Below are positions 45,630-53,311 of a stretch of DNA of 53,311 bases, one piece after another (within the stretch, counting starts at the first letter, position 1; each line of letters begins with the position of its first letter). Source of the stretch: a virus. The stretch is from IMG/VR virus record IMGVR_UViG_3300045988_149090; one strand, given 5' to 3'. The notes beneath the pieces are model-generated. The model saw only the letters and a program-made list of their open reading frames with translations, was not told where the DNA came from and made no database searches. The position numbers were made by a program, and so were the translations under genes.

Positions 45630-46502
45630 CTATGCCATTTTAAGTTTCTCTATCTCGGTATATACTCGCCTCAGACCTCCACGTGTCTTGCGTACAATCT
45701 GCGCTATATCCGCACCTGCCGGGGCATTTACTTTAGCCACCGTCCGAGCTTGGGCATTCAAAAACGCCTCACGCTCCTTGCCGTCATCAGGTGTCACCTT
45801 GCTGTAACGGTCTCCATAACGGCTCAACATCTCGGTATAGCCCACTTTCTTACATTCTATCGAACGGTTGATCTTTTCTTTCAAACCATCCGCACCCATC
45901 ATATACCAGGCACAACTGCGTTCGGTGGCATTCCACAAAGCCTTCAGCTCAAGGAACGCCTCATACTGCAAATCCCCGGCCTCGTCCAAAATAATAAGCG
46001 GATTCTCAATGGAACGGAGGTAATAAGTCAAATCCTCGTATACATCGCTATATTTACCTTTGGCATCCACTCCGAACTCCGCAGCTATCTTACGCACCAG
46101 CTTCAGCTTGGTCTTCACCTGCGAGCAGTCGATATACACGGCATTCTTGTGGTTCTGCACATAATACCTTGCGGTAAAAGTCTTTCCGATGTTTGGAATG
46201 TCGCATAGGATAGCCGACAGGCTCGACTGCTGGGAGAACTCCAGCTGGGCGGTTATATACTCGAACGTGGCGGTCTTGGCAACCTTCCACTCCATATCGG
46301 CACGGAGGCCCACACCCAAACGACGGGCTATACTTATCCAGTTGGCATCACTAAGGGCTTTATCCGTCTGTCCGTTCTTAATGGCACTGTACACCGATGT
46401 GCTGATGCCAAGGGAGGCGGCATGTTTCGCGTCACTCGGATAGTTCGCACGGTTGGCAGCTATCGCTCCCAAAATCTTCTGTTTTTGCGCTTCTGTAATC
46501 AT
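45630..46502 (-). CDS. MuB-like transposition ATPase with N-terminal HTH
   Basis: Walker A DIPNIGKT and Walker B ILDEAGD. Located directly downstream of the transposase. Confidence 0.7.
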   Translation of the reverse strand: MITEAQKQKILGAIAANRANYPSDAKHAASLGISTSVYSAIKNGQTDKALSDANWISIARRLGVGLRADMEWKVAKTATFEYITAQLEFSQQSSLSAILCDIPNIGKTFTARYYVQNHKNAVYIDCSQVKTKLKLVRKIAAEFGVDAKGKYSDVYEDLTYYLRSIENPLIILDEAGDLQYEAFLELKALWNATERSCAWYMMGADGLKEKINRSIECKKVGYTEMLSRYGDRYSKVTPDDGKEREAFLNAQARTVAKVNAPAGADIAQIVRKTRGGLRRVYTEIEKLKMA

Positions 46503-46540
46503 AATTCAAACGCTGTTATAATGTTATTCTAATCGTATTC

Positions 46541-48553
46541 TTACATATCTCCAATAGCCATTGCCGCCATATTGGTCGGCTGCCATTCGTAAGCTTCATC
46601 GGGTTCTTCAGGAACAGGTGCCGTAGGTAATACAAGGCTTTCCGTTTCCTCATCTTCTTCCTCACGTTGGACCGGTGCCACACCTACCTGACCGATAGCG
46701 TTATCACGTACCCATTTGTCAAAGTGACTCATTATCTTTGCCTGTTCCGTATAAGCTGCCTTATCTTCTTCGGTCTGTTCCGCCATTACACGGCTATAAG
46801 TCACAACCGGGCGCACCTTGTCGATATAGCGGTCATTCTGATACAGGAACACATCGGTCGGTTTGCCTTCCTCATCCGGCAAATAGAAAGCCGTCACCTT
46901 GCGGTTATTAGGCTCCAACTTCTCAAGAACCTCCGGACCACTCAGCCACCAGTCAGCGTACGCCACACGTACCGTACTGTTCCGTCTTACGCTTGTTTCC
47001 ACCCTCTCGCCGATATAACGGCTCAGGGTCAGTTTGTCAAGCGGGCGCAGAGTCGGGTTGATCCTCGCCACAAGCACATCCCAGCGGGTCATACCCGGAT
47101 ATTTCTTCTGGTTGGGGTGCAGCGTGTTGTTCCACTCCGCACAGTCCCGGCGGTCATCGGCCACAAGTTCCTCAAACGTATAATATTTCCGATCCTCGTA
47201 AGTATGGTTCCCACTGTCGCTGATTTTCTTCTGATCCACACGCCGTGCCCCTTTACCGTACCAACGACCCACCCCTTCATGGTTCTTATGGGCGATAGTT
47301 GTCTTGAATGCGCCGTTCAACGGTTCGGCATATTTGTCCTGAGAGTTCAACGGTGCACAAAAGCGCACAAACTTGAACACCTCACCGGCTTTCAGGAAGC
47401 CCTCCTTGTACTTGCTCATCAAATGCTGCTCCACCTCGATACCGGCAGGCATCCCCCACCCGTTACGCTCAATCAGGCGGAACATATCCCGGAAACAGGC
47501 AACCACAAGGGCTTCGTCTTTATCACGGCCGTAAGCAAGCCCCACACGGCACTGGCTCACCATATCGTAGGCATAATAAGCATGTACGTATTCACCACCC
47601 TTCATGCGACGCGGAAGATCCACGTCATCCATCGTAATCTGGGACAAGGAGAACTCTCCACTGTGGCGGTGCATGTGTGGCATTTGCTCGTGGTAGAATT
47701 CCGACCACCCACGACGCTTTTTCTCTATGAGTACCTGGTTGGCCGGCTTGTTCAAGATGTTGCGAATGGTACTTTCGCTCAGTTCTTTCGGATCACCGTT
47801 CTTATCCGTAAAATCGTTATGGTTGAATATTTCCCCGGTTTCCAAATCCCATACCTCCAACTCACCACACACAAAGGAGATATACATCTCGTGTACGTCA
47901 CTGCCATAAGGCTGGTTCGGCAGCACCGTGATGCTCAGCACGAGACGCTCGGTCTTGTAATCCACTTTCCTCGCGCACTGGTTACCGAACTTTCCACTGA
48001 TAAGGCACTCATAACCGTACTGCTTGTACTCGTTCACCTTCTTTCGGAAACGCAAGGTACTCGCCGGCAGATCATGCCCGAACTCTTCGCGCAGCGTCTC
48101 AATGGTAGTAGCCATCATGCTCCAATCATACTTCTCTCCCATTAACTTTCGATAATCACGACTACGATTGTACAACTTGATACAAGTATTCAGTACTGAA
48201 GCATTTATCGCATACTTTCTGGCAAGCTCGTCAGAAGCCTTATCGCTGGACTGCCGGGCAGCCCAATCCATAAAGAAAGCGACGGCAGCCTGATCAAGCT
48301 CGTAATTCGATATTATCCAGCCACGCAAAAGCACGGCATTGCCACCAGGATATTTCTCCTCGACTTTTTCTTTGTAAGAGGTAGGCAGACTATCAATAAC
48401 AATCAAAGCTCCATTTCCTTTCGCTCCACCACCACGACGTGCTACCTTTATCCGGCCACTGGATGCCATATACTTGTAATTCGGAACAGTCATTATTCCG
48501 CCATCAACAAGTTCACGAAACGATATGCAAAGTTTGTTATCGAAAAATTCCAT
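46541..48553 (-). CDS. MuA-like DDE transposase
   Basis: ATG at 48553 is preceded by AAGGAGGTG. About 670 aa. Candidate DDE residues lie in ITMDDVDL ... YAYDMVS ... GIEVEQH. The gene order repressor / Ner-like / A / B matches Mu. Confidence 0.8.
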   Translation of the reverse strand: MEFFDNKLCISFRELVDGGIMTVPNYKYMASSGRIKVARRGGGAKGNGALIVIDSLPTSYKEKVEEKYPGGNAVLLRGWIISNYELDQAAVAFFMDWAARQSSDKASDELARKYAINASVLNTCIKLYNRSRDYRKLMGEKYDWSMMATTIETLREEFGHDLPASTLRFRKKVNEYKQYGYECLISGKFGNQCARKVDYKTERLVLSITVLPNQPYGSDVHEMYISFVCGELEVWDLETGEIFNHNDFTDKNGDPKELSESTIRNILNKPANQVLIEKKRRGWSEFYHEQMPHMHRHSGEFSLSQITMDDVDLPRRMKGGEYVHAYYAYDMVSQCRVGLAYGRDKDEALVVACFRDMFRLIERNGWGMPAGIEVEQHLMSKYKEGFLKAGEVFKFVRFCAPLNSQDKYAEPLNGAFKTTIAHKNHEGVGRWYGKGARRVDQKKISDSGNHTYEDRKYYTFEELVADDRRDCAEWNNTLHPNQKKYPGMTRWDVLVARINPTLRPLDKLTLSRYIGERVETSVRRNSTVRVAYADWWLSGPEVLEKLEPNNRKVTAFYLPDEEGKPTDVFLYQNDRYIDKVRPVVTYSRVMAEQTEEDKAAYTEQAKIMSHFDKWVRDNAIGQVGVAPVQREEEDEETESLVLPTAPVPEEPDEAYEWQPTNMAAMAIGDM

Positions 48554-48565
48554 ACTCACACCTCC

Positions 48566-48928
48566 TTATTTCAATGCGGCCGCAAAATTTTGGATGCTGT
48601 CTATATTGGAAAATGTCACATTATCATAATGTCTCACCTCTTCCCCTTTATAAGTCACCACACCCGTGCTGTCGTTTTTACTGATCTCTAACAATGCGCC
48701 GTTCGGAAAATATTGGCGTATCACGTTATCATGGTCGTGTAGTGTCTCCATAACCGGAGCCACCGCCATTACAATACCACCACGCTCACGGGCGGCCTTC
48801 TGGATCCTACGGATGGTATCCGTATCCTGTTCAAAACGCAGGGCTTTCCAAACCGTCACGCTGCTTACGTTGAAAGCCTTGGCCAAAAACTGGCGATCCT
48901 CACTTGTTACATGAATATACTTCTTCAT
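48566..48928 (-). CDS. Ner/Cro-like early DNA-binding regulator
   Basis: HTH LAKAFNVSSVTVWKAL. Located just upstream of the transposase. Confidence 0.5.
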   Translation of the reverse strand: MKKYIHVTSEDRQFLAKAFNVSSVTVWKALRFEQDTDTIRRIQKAARERGGIVMAVAPVMETLHDHDNVIRQYFPNGALLEISKNDSTGVVTYKGEEVRHYDNVTFSNIDSIQNFAAALK

Positions 48929-48990
48929 ATCTCACTTGATTTTAATATCCTAATTCGTTATATTTGTTGCGTTTAAAAAAAATAACCGAC

Positions 48991-49368
48991 TTATGCCTCA
49001 AAATCCGACATCACTGCCTTTCTTGGTATCTTACGCTGATACTCTCTCATCAGCGAAGAGCAGACCTCTAATCCAAACAGCCCTGACAGCGATTGCATCT
49101 CTTCAAGAAATTGACTGCGTGTGTATCGACAACATAACGCTACCTGACGATATTGCAGAAGCCGGCGCTCGACTTGGAGCATACACGACAGCTGATCTTG
49201 TCTGGTTCCACTTCTCAAAGCATTCACTAATGACGCAAAAGGTGTTCGAGAAAGCCGTTCGCGGACTCTTTGCTCATAGTCAGTTGGGAAGCCCGGTATG
49301 GGTGTTTCTTCTGCCGGAGAAATACCGACATCTTTACCCTTCTCCGTGGAATTGATTGTTCTTTTCAT
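48991..49368 (-). CDS. Hypothetical early protein (125 aa)
   Basis: ATG start. Co-directional with the early operon. The plus-strand ORF 48993-49355 is its antisense shadow. Confidence 0.4.
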   Translation of the reverse strand: MKRTINSTEKGKDVGISPAEETPIPGFPTDYEQRVRERLSRTPFASLVNALRSGTRQDQLSCMLQVERRLLQYRQVALCCRYTRSQFLEEMQSLSGLFGLEVCSSLMREYQRKIPRKAVMSDFEA

Positions 49369-49396
49369 AAGTCACTCATTTTAGTGTCTATATCTG

Positions 49397-49442
49397 AGGG
49401 AGTCCAGGGAATCGAACCCTGGCGCAAGAACCATACACTCCC
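49397..49442 (-). ncRNA. tRNA-like acceptor/T-arm minihelix (not a complete tRNA)
   Basis: On the minus strand: GGGAGT-(15 nt)-CAGGG-TTCGATT-CCCTG-g-ACTCCC-t. It has a canonical T-arm and a 6-bp acceptor-like stem, with no D arm or anticodon arm. It lies in a 138-nt non-coding gap. Confidence 0.35.
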
Positions 49443-49506
49443 GTGTGTCTTTCCACACCGCCACCCGTCTCTTGACGCCTTCCGGGTTGTCACGCTCGGT
49501 TTTCCG

Positions 49507-49917
49507 TTATCCTTCAACACTTTCACCTTTCTCTATAACTTCAAGAAGCATTATAAACTTCTCACGTACAGACTGCTTCATCTCCAGTTCTAATGTATGC
49601 GCCAGATTTGAAGCTGCACTGGTACTGTTCCTGCGAATGCTTCCGGAAAGAAGACTGTCAGTCAAACTGCTTATCTTGTTTTCTATAAACAACTTTGCTT
49701 CCTCATGACTGCCAACGGATAAAACCGTTTTCAAAGCGCGGTAACAAGCAAGCTCTCGTTGTGTTTTGTACATCTCTTCAGCATACCAGCAAAAGAAGTG
49801 TTCATAGTCCTCGTTCATCTCTTTGGTGTACTTGTCAGCTTGTTGTACCAAAGCGTCTATATGGTTCTTCACAAAACTGAATACAAAATCCCAGCAATCC
49901 ATTTTCTTATTTTCCAT
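49507..49917 (-). CDS. Hypothetical early protein (136 aa)
   Basis: ATG start, early operon. Confidence 0.45.
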   Translation of the reverse strand: MENKKMDCWDFVFSFVKNHIDALVQQADKYTKEMNEDYEHFFCWYAEEMYKTQRELACYRALKTVLSVGSHEEAKLFIENKISSLTDSLLSGSIRRNSTSAASNLAHTLELEMKQSVREKFIMLLEVIEKGESVEG

Positions 49918-49925
49918 AATCTCAC

Positions 49926-50132
49926 TTATTTAAATTCGTTTATAATCGGTTTCAAACTCACGCCGTAGCAGCTCATCAAGCGCCGAATAAGATTCTTTAC
50001 ATAAAAATCAGGTGCGGAAAACACAATCCCGGTCTCTTCAGTGTATCTGAAACTGATACCGTCCATCATCAACACGTAAGCTACTTTGTGCTTCACGCTT
50101 TGTGTCTGCCATTCTTTGATTTCTTCGTTCAT
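49926..50132 (-). CDS. First early-operon ORF (68 aa), hypothetical
   Basis: ATG start. Divergent from the repressor gene. Confidence 0.4.
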   Translation of the reverse strand: MNEEIKEWQTQSVKHKVAYVLMMDGISFRYTEETGIVFSAPDFYVKNLIRRLMSCYGVSLKPIINEFK

Positions 50133-50216
50133 TTTCTTTAAGTGCTAAAATTCGTTATTCTCGACCCTTTTCTGTATCTTTGGCCGCTCGTTAATTTCTT
50201 AACTCGATGCAAATAT

Positions 50217-50264
50217 AGTATGAGATTTTCATACTACAAAATATTTAAGCGTAATTTTTCATAC
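50217..50264. promoter_or_regulatory. Candidate operator sites in the repressor / early-promoter intergenic region
   Basis: Palindrome AGTATGA-gattt-TCATACT (50217-50235), plus a second TTTTCATAC copy at 50256-50264 (the first is at 50226-50234). Confidence 0.45.
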
Positions 50265-50276
50265 CAAACTCATTTT

Positions 50277-50672
50277 ATGGAGGAAAATATCAGATTCATT
50301 CAAATACTTGACGAATTAAAAGCTCAAGGGCAAATAACCGATTATGTACAAGCAGCAAGCATACTTGGCACAAATAAAGCTGGCATAAGCGACATAAAAA
50401 GTGGTCGGAAGAAATTATCAATAGAGCTACTCAGAAGTCTGAAATATTCATACCCTAATATTTCGATTGATTGGATCATCATGGGAACAGGGGATGCTTT
50501 CATAACAATGAAAGAGAAGCAGGAAACCACAGATGCACACTTATTCGTACAAACCATAACCCAACAAGCGGAAGAAATCGGCCGTCTCAAAGAACAAATT
50601 CGCCAAATGAATCTTGAAAAAGGGAAACCTGCATCGGATGCGTACACTTCTGGAGATGCAAATGTAGGGTAG
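50277..50672 (+). CDS. Phage repressor (HTH, cI/Mu c-like position)
   Basis: ATG at 50277. HTH DYVQAASILGTNKAGISDIKSGRKKLS. Transcribed toward the phage end, divergent from the early operon. Confidence 0.65.
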   Translation: MEENIRFIQILDELKAQGQITDYVQAASILGTNKAGISDIKSGRKKLSIELLRSLKYSYPNISIDWIIMGTGDAFITMKEKQETTDAHLFVQTITQQAEEIGRLKEQIRQMNLEKGKPASDAYTSGDANVG

Positions 50673-51138
50673 AGCGCACTTTTACCATCCGGAGAACATG
50701 AAACGTTACCCTGAGGATACCCCCGATTATACCTTCAGACTCCCCTCTCTCGGTATTCCCCCTCCATCCACCCCATATAATCGCCTGAAAAGGACTGATA
50801 ATCCGTTATATAATAATGTATGCTTTTTATAGGTGGTGGTTTTTAGGGTGGGTGTATCAAGGCATATTTTACACCTATCATTCAAAAAACCATATTTTAC
50901 CATACTTCCAACTACCCCCTCTCAAAACCATGTTTACTAACCCCAGTTCTTATAAAAACTAACCCCACTTTCTAACCCCAGTACTATCCCCACCTCCAAA
51001 ATTGCCACTCCAAGTGTCACACCAAATGTAGAAATCGCCATCTGAGAGCACAAAAAAAGGAGACCATAAGTCTCCCCCACAAGAATAACTGCCGAATGGT
51101 GATTTTCTTTCGTTCTAATGCCATTCTAATCTATTCAC

Positions 51139-51369
51139 CTACTCTCCCCTCCTACTCCCTGAAATAAGCGTAGATTGCTTGATTATAGCCCTTTTAGTGC
51201 ATACTGTACCATTACCGGACAGACCGGCATGTAACAAATAATTCTTGGTCGCACCCACCTGTTCCGCCGTCAAAACCGTATAAACAGCCGAAATACTACT
51301 AAAATACCAATCTCTTCGCTTTGTTCCGTCTATTCCGTGCGTCAAATGCACATGTACAACCTTTGCCAT
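51139..51369 (-). CDS. Small hypothetical protein (76 aa) near the phage left end
   Basis: ATG start. MAKVVHVHLTHGIDGTKRRDWYFSSISAVYTVLTAEQVG... I recall similar small proteins from Bacteroides mobile elements; not verified. Confidence 0.4.
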   Translation of the reverse strand: MAKVVHVHLTHGIDGTKRRDWYFSSISAVYTVLTAEQVGATKNYLLHAGLSGNGTVCTKRAIIKQSTLISGSRRGE

Positions 51370-51582
51370 ATCACTATATTTTATAGTACAAATATACTAA
51401 ATAATCATTATATGGAATATTTTAGAAACATATAATCCAAAACAAGGCATAAAAAAAGCGGCCACAACCGCTATCTTCCTCTCCTGCTTACACACCATGT
51501 AAACTTCATGTAAGCCCATTTAAAGCAATCGCCAAACCGATGCAACCAAAACAGCCCTCCACGTAAACAGAAATTAAACCTG

Positions 51583-51604
51583 CGTAAACGTTTCGTTTTG
51601 CGGA
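51583..51604. repeat. Outermost left-end repeat (L1-like), inverted copy of 10659-10680
   Basis: The reverse complement TCCGCAAAACGAAACGTTTACG compares with TCCGCAAAACGAAATGTTTCGA. Confidence 0.7.
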
Positions 51605-52004
51605 AGTTCCTTCTATCCTTCCCCGTAACCTATTGTATTATAAAGCGATGTGTTGTTTTATTCAATATATCGTTTTATACGCTTCGTTCTGTGCCCCGTA
51701 CACCTTGAATTTTTCCACTTTCATACGCTTATATTTTTTGTTGGCAAAATTAGCCTGTCTATAAGCGTTCCTTGATACGCAAAATACTGTGGATGAGCGC
51801 AAACGAAACGGTGAGGACTTCTTTTCATTGCCTACCGTTACCGACATCCGTTTCGGTAACTGCCCGGCTAACGGTTTGGTAACCGAATGACCTCAATATT
51901 CCGTTACCGTTTGCATTTTCCACATTTAGCAAAATACAGAAACATTGCTCATTTCAAACGACTTACGTTTAATCTTCACCTCTACGCTTTTCCTTGCAGT
52001 GCCT

Positions 52005-52181
52005 ATCACTTTCCACACAGCACGCCATACACATGCAACAATGATGCTGACGTTGGGAGTAGATTTATATACAGTCTCCAAGTTATTGGGACATACCAAT
52101 ATACAGACAACACAAATTTACGCAAAGCTTGTGGATGAAAGTAAAAAGAAGGCCGTCGCTTTGATTCCTAATATAACATAA
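52005..52181 (+). pseudogene. 3' fragment of a tyrosine recombinase gene (box II to stop)
   Basis: ITFHTARHTHATMMLTLGVDLYTVSKLLGHTNIQTTQIYAKL... contains HxxRH, the LGH His and the catalytic Tyr. No upstream recombinase sequence is adjacent. Confidence 0.75.
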
Positions 52182-52947
52182 GAGCTAGTTGAATTCGAAA
52201 TACAATTTGCCATTTTGTATTTTTAGTCATCACTTCGTGTTCCTAATTCACTTAAAAGATATTAGGAGCCTAATAAATGCTGCTAAAACTCATTATGTAA
52301 ACTGTAAGTGTCATTGATTTGTTGATCTTTGATTAAAAAATGATAGATATTTTTTATTCATGCAAATAATTGCATTCCTATTTTGAGTTATTGGCGTTAA
52401 AATGAAGAATACTGAACATCAGCTGCTTTGGCTCCCTAAAATGGATTTTAAGATGAATGGAGGGCTATTTCAAAGAAGTGGTTTATCATTTTATGAAAAA
52501 AACTGTTTTTCTACCGAGAATAAGTTAATATCTTGTTTGCTAGATATTGTATTTTTGTTTGCCGGATATTAACTTGCTACATACAAAAAACAAGTCCTTT
52601 AGAGAAAGTATTACATAAATATCTGTATAAATGTAGGGTATTTGTATTTTCATCCTTATTTTTTGCGGATACTTTTTCTATTTTTTCTTTTTCGCAAGAA
52701 AAGTAGATTAGTAGAAATTGCTAAAAAGTGACTATTTGACACAAAATATAACATTCTATATGACAATTGTACATCGTTAATTCAAAAGTTTTAAAATGGT
52801 AATAGACTTCATATAAACATTCAGGGGCTTTGTTAGAAGCTTTTGAAGAAAAAACGAGATTATTTCATCTTTTCATATAAAATTCTTTGGTATTATTAAA
52901 AATGTGTCTATTTTTGCACCATATTTTGTGTTATACGGACACGAAAA

Positions 52948-53311
52948 ATGGTTGAAAAAATGAGGTATAAAAACTCTAACATAAGAAAGTGCCTAAATAC
53001 TAAAACAATAGCACAGTGTGCAGCGTTCTTTTTATACTGTTTGCTCCCTTTAAAAGGAATTTGCCAAACGGGGGAAAGTACTGTAGATGCTTTAGTGAAA
53101 ATGGGATTTGAAAATGTTGGATGGACAGAAGATGGCAATGAACGTGTTTATGTTCTGCAAAACTCTGCATATCGTTTGCAGGGTGTAGGCATAGGTAAGG
53201 CGGTAGATATTATTCAAAAGATGGGTTTACCGGAAGAAAAGTCATGTCGGATAATAGTTCTGGACAATAATGTACCCCAAATTTCTCTTTATTATTGTCC
53301 CCTAAAGGGGG
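52948..53311 (+). CDS. 5' part of a secreted/outer-membrane-type protein gene running off the window (121 codons, no stop)
   Basis: ATG at 52948 (or 52960). Signal-like IAQCAAFFLYCLLPLKGICQ, then DALVKMGFENVGWTEDGNERVYVLQNSAYR... It is absent from the ORF track because it has no stop. The last 82 nt form the inverted-repeat arm. Confidence 0.6.
   Translation, partial: MVEKMRYKNSNIRKCLNTKTIAQCAAFFLYCLLPLKGICQTGESTVDALVKMGFENVGWTEDGNERVYVLQNSAYRLQGVGIGKAVDIIQKMGLPEEKSCRIIVLDNNVPQISLYYCPLKG
53230..53311. repeat. Right arm of terminal inverted repeat, inside the 52948-53311 partial CDS
   Basis: See 1-82. The arm encodes ...PEEKSCRIIVLDNNVPQISLYYCPLKG in the frame of the partial ORF that runs off the window. 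Confidence 0.9.

Larger units (their letters stand above)
10659..51604 (-). mobile_element. Mu-like transposable siphovirus prophage carrying a DGR (about 40.9 kb); Mu-left end at the high coordinate
   Basis: Terminal inverted copies of a transposase-site-like 22-mer (10659-10680 vs 51583-51604, 18/19 over the outer 19 nt). MuA/MuB-like genes and a repressor lie at one end, a full virion module is present, and composition is GC-richer than the flanks. Confidence 0.8.
1378..52004. mobile_element. Inserted DNA splitting the recombinase gene: integrative/mobilizable element (cargo operon, int, mob) that itself contains the Mu-like prophage
   Basis: It lies between the two recombinase gene halves. 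Direct repeats near both ends: CAAACGACTTAC at 1403-1414 and 51955-51966; TAACGrTTTGGwAAC at 1436-1450 and 51869-51883. It carries its own integrase (7919-9115) and Mob genes. Exact ends are not resolved. Confidence 0.5.

Noticed and set aside
49381-49500. Complete tRNA gene on the minus strand
   Set aside because: The T-arm and 3' acceptor strand are canonical. However, no matching 5' acceptor strand exists at the correct distance, and no D arm or 7-nt anticodon loop can be drawn. It is reported only as a tRNA-like minihelix.
1455-51611. FRT-like GAAGTTCC motif at 1455, 7570 and 51604
   Set aside because: An 8-mer is expected once or twice by chance in 53 kb. The 7570 copy lies inside the small lipoprotein ORF. 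The extended similarity between 7570 and 51604 (GAAGTTCC..TTCTATC) is suggestive but too short to call.
52908-53138. 76-aa minus-strand ORF near the right end
   Set aside because: It is antisense to the partial signal-peptide-bearing ORF 52948-53311, which is supported by the synonymous-only difference between the two inverted-repeat arms.

Overview
Bacteroidales-like chromosomal segment with three nested layers. (1) The window is bounded by an inverted repeat of at least 82 bp (1-82 vs 53230-53311, 81/82 identical) that lies inside a coding sequence. Only the right copy is preceded by a start codon and signal peptide (52948-53229). A tyrosine recombinase gene sits just inside the left copy. 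This is the layout of a Bacteroides-type invertible shufflon expression switch. (2) That recombinase gene is split (5' part 391-1377, 3' part 52005-52181) by about 50.6 kb of foreign DNA. The outer insert is a visibly AT-rich integrative/mobilizable element. It carries a 7-gene co-directional operon (small lipoprotein, SF1 helicase-like ATPase, 588-aa unknown, Cys-rich RiPP-like precursor, rSAM/SPASM maturase, pseudo-rSAM partner) plus its own integrase and Mob genes. (3) A roughly 40.9-kb, GC-richer Mu-like transposable siphovirus prophage (10659-51604) sits inside the relaxase gene of that element. It encodes MuA/MuB-like proteins, repressor and Ner-like regulators, terminase, portal, MuF, protease, capsid, a lysis cassette, tape measure and a giant tail fibre. 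The prophage carries a diversity-generating retroelement: RT 37302-38603, TR 36978-37088, and a VR 25.8 kb away on the opposite strand at the 3' end of a 2173-aa tail-fibre gene. TR and VR differ at 9 positions, all at TR adenines. The Mu-like-plus-DGR architecture recalls the Bacteroides Hankyphage group from the literature; this was not checked by search. I saw no rRNA, no CRISPR array and no complete tRNA. All calls come from reading the ORF translations and the DNA by eye; no database search was run.
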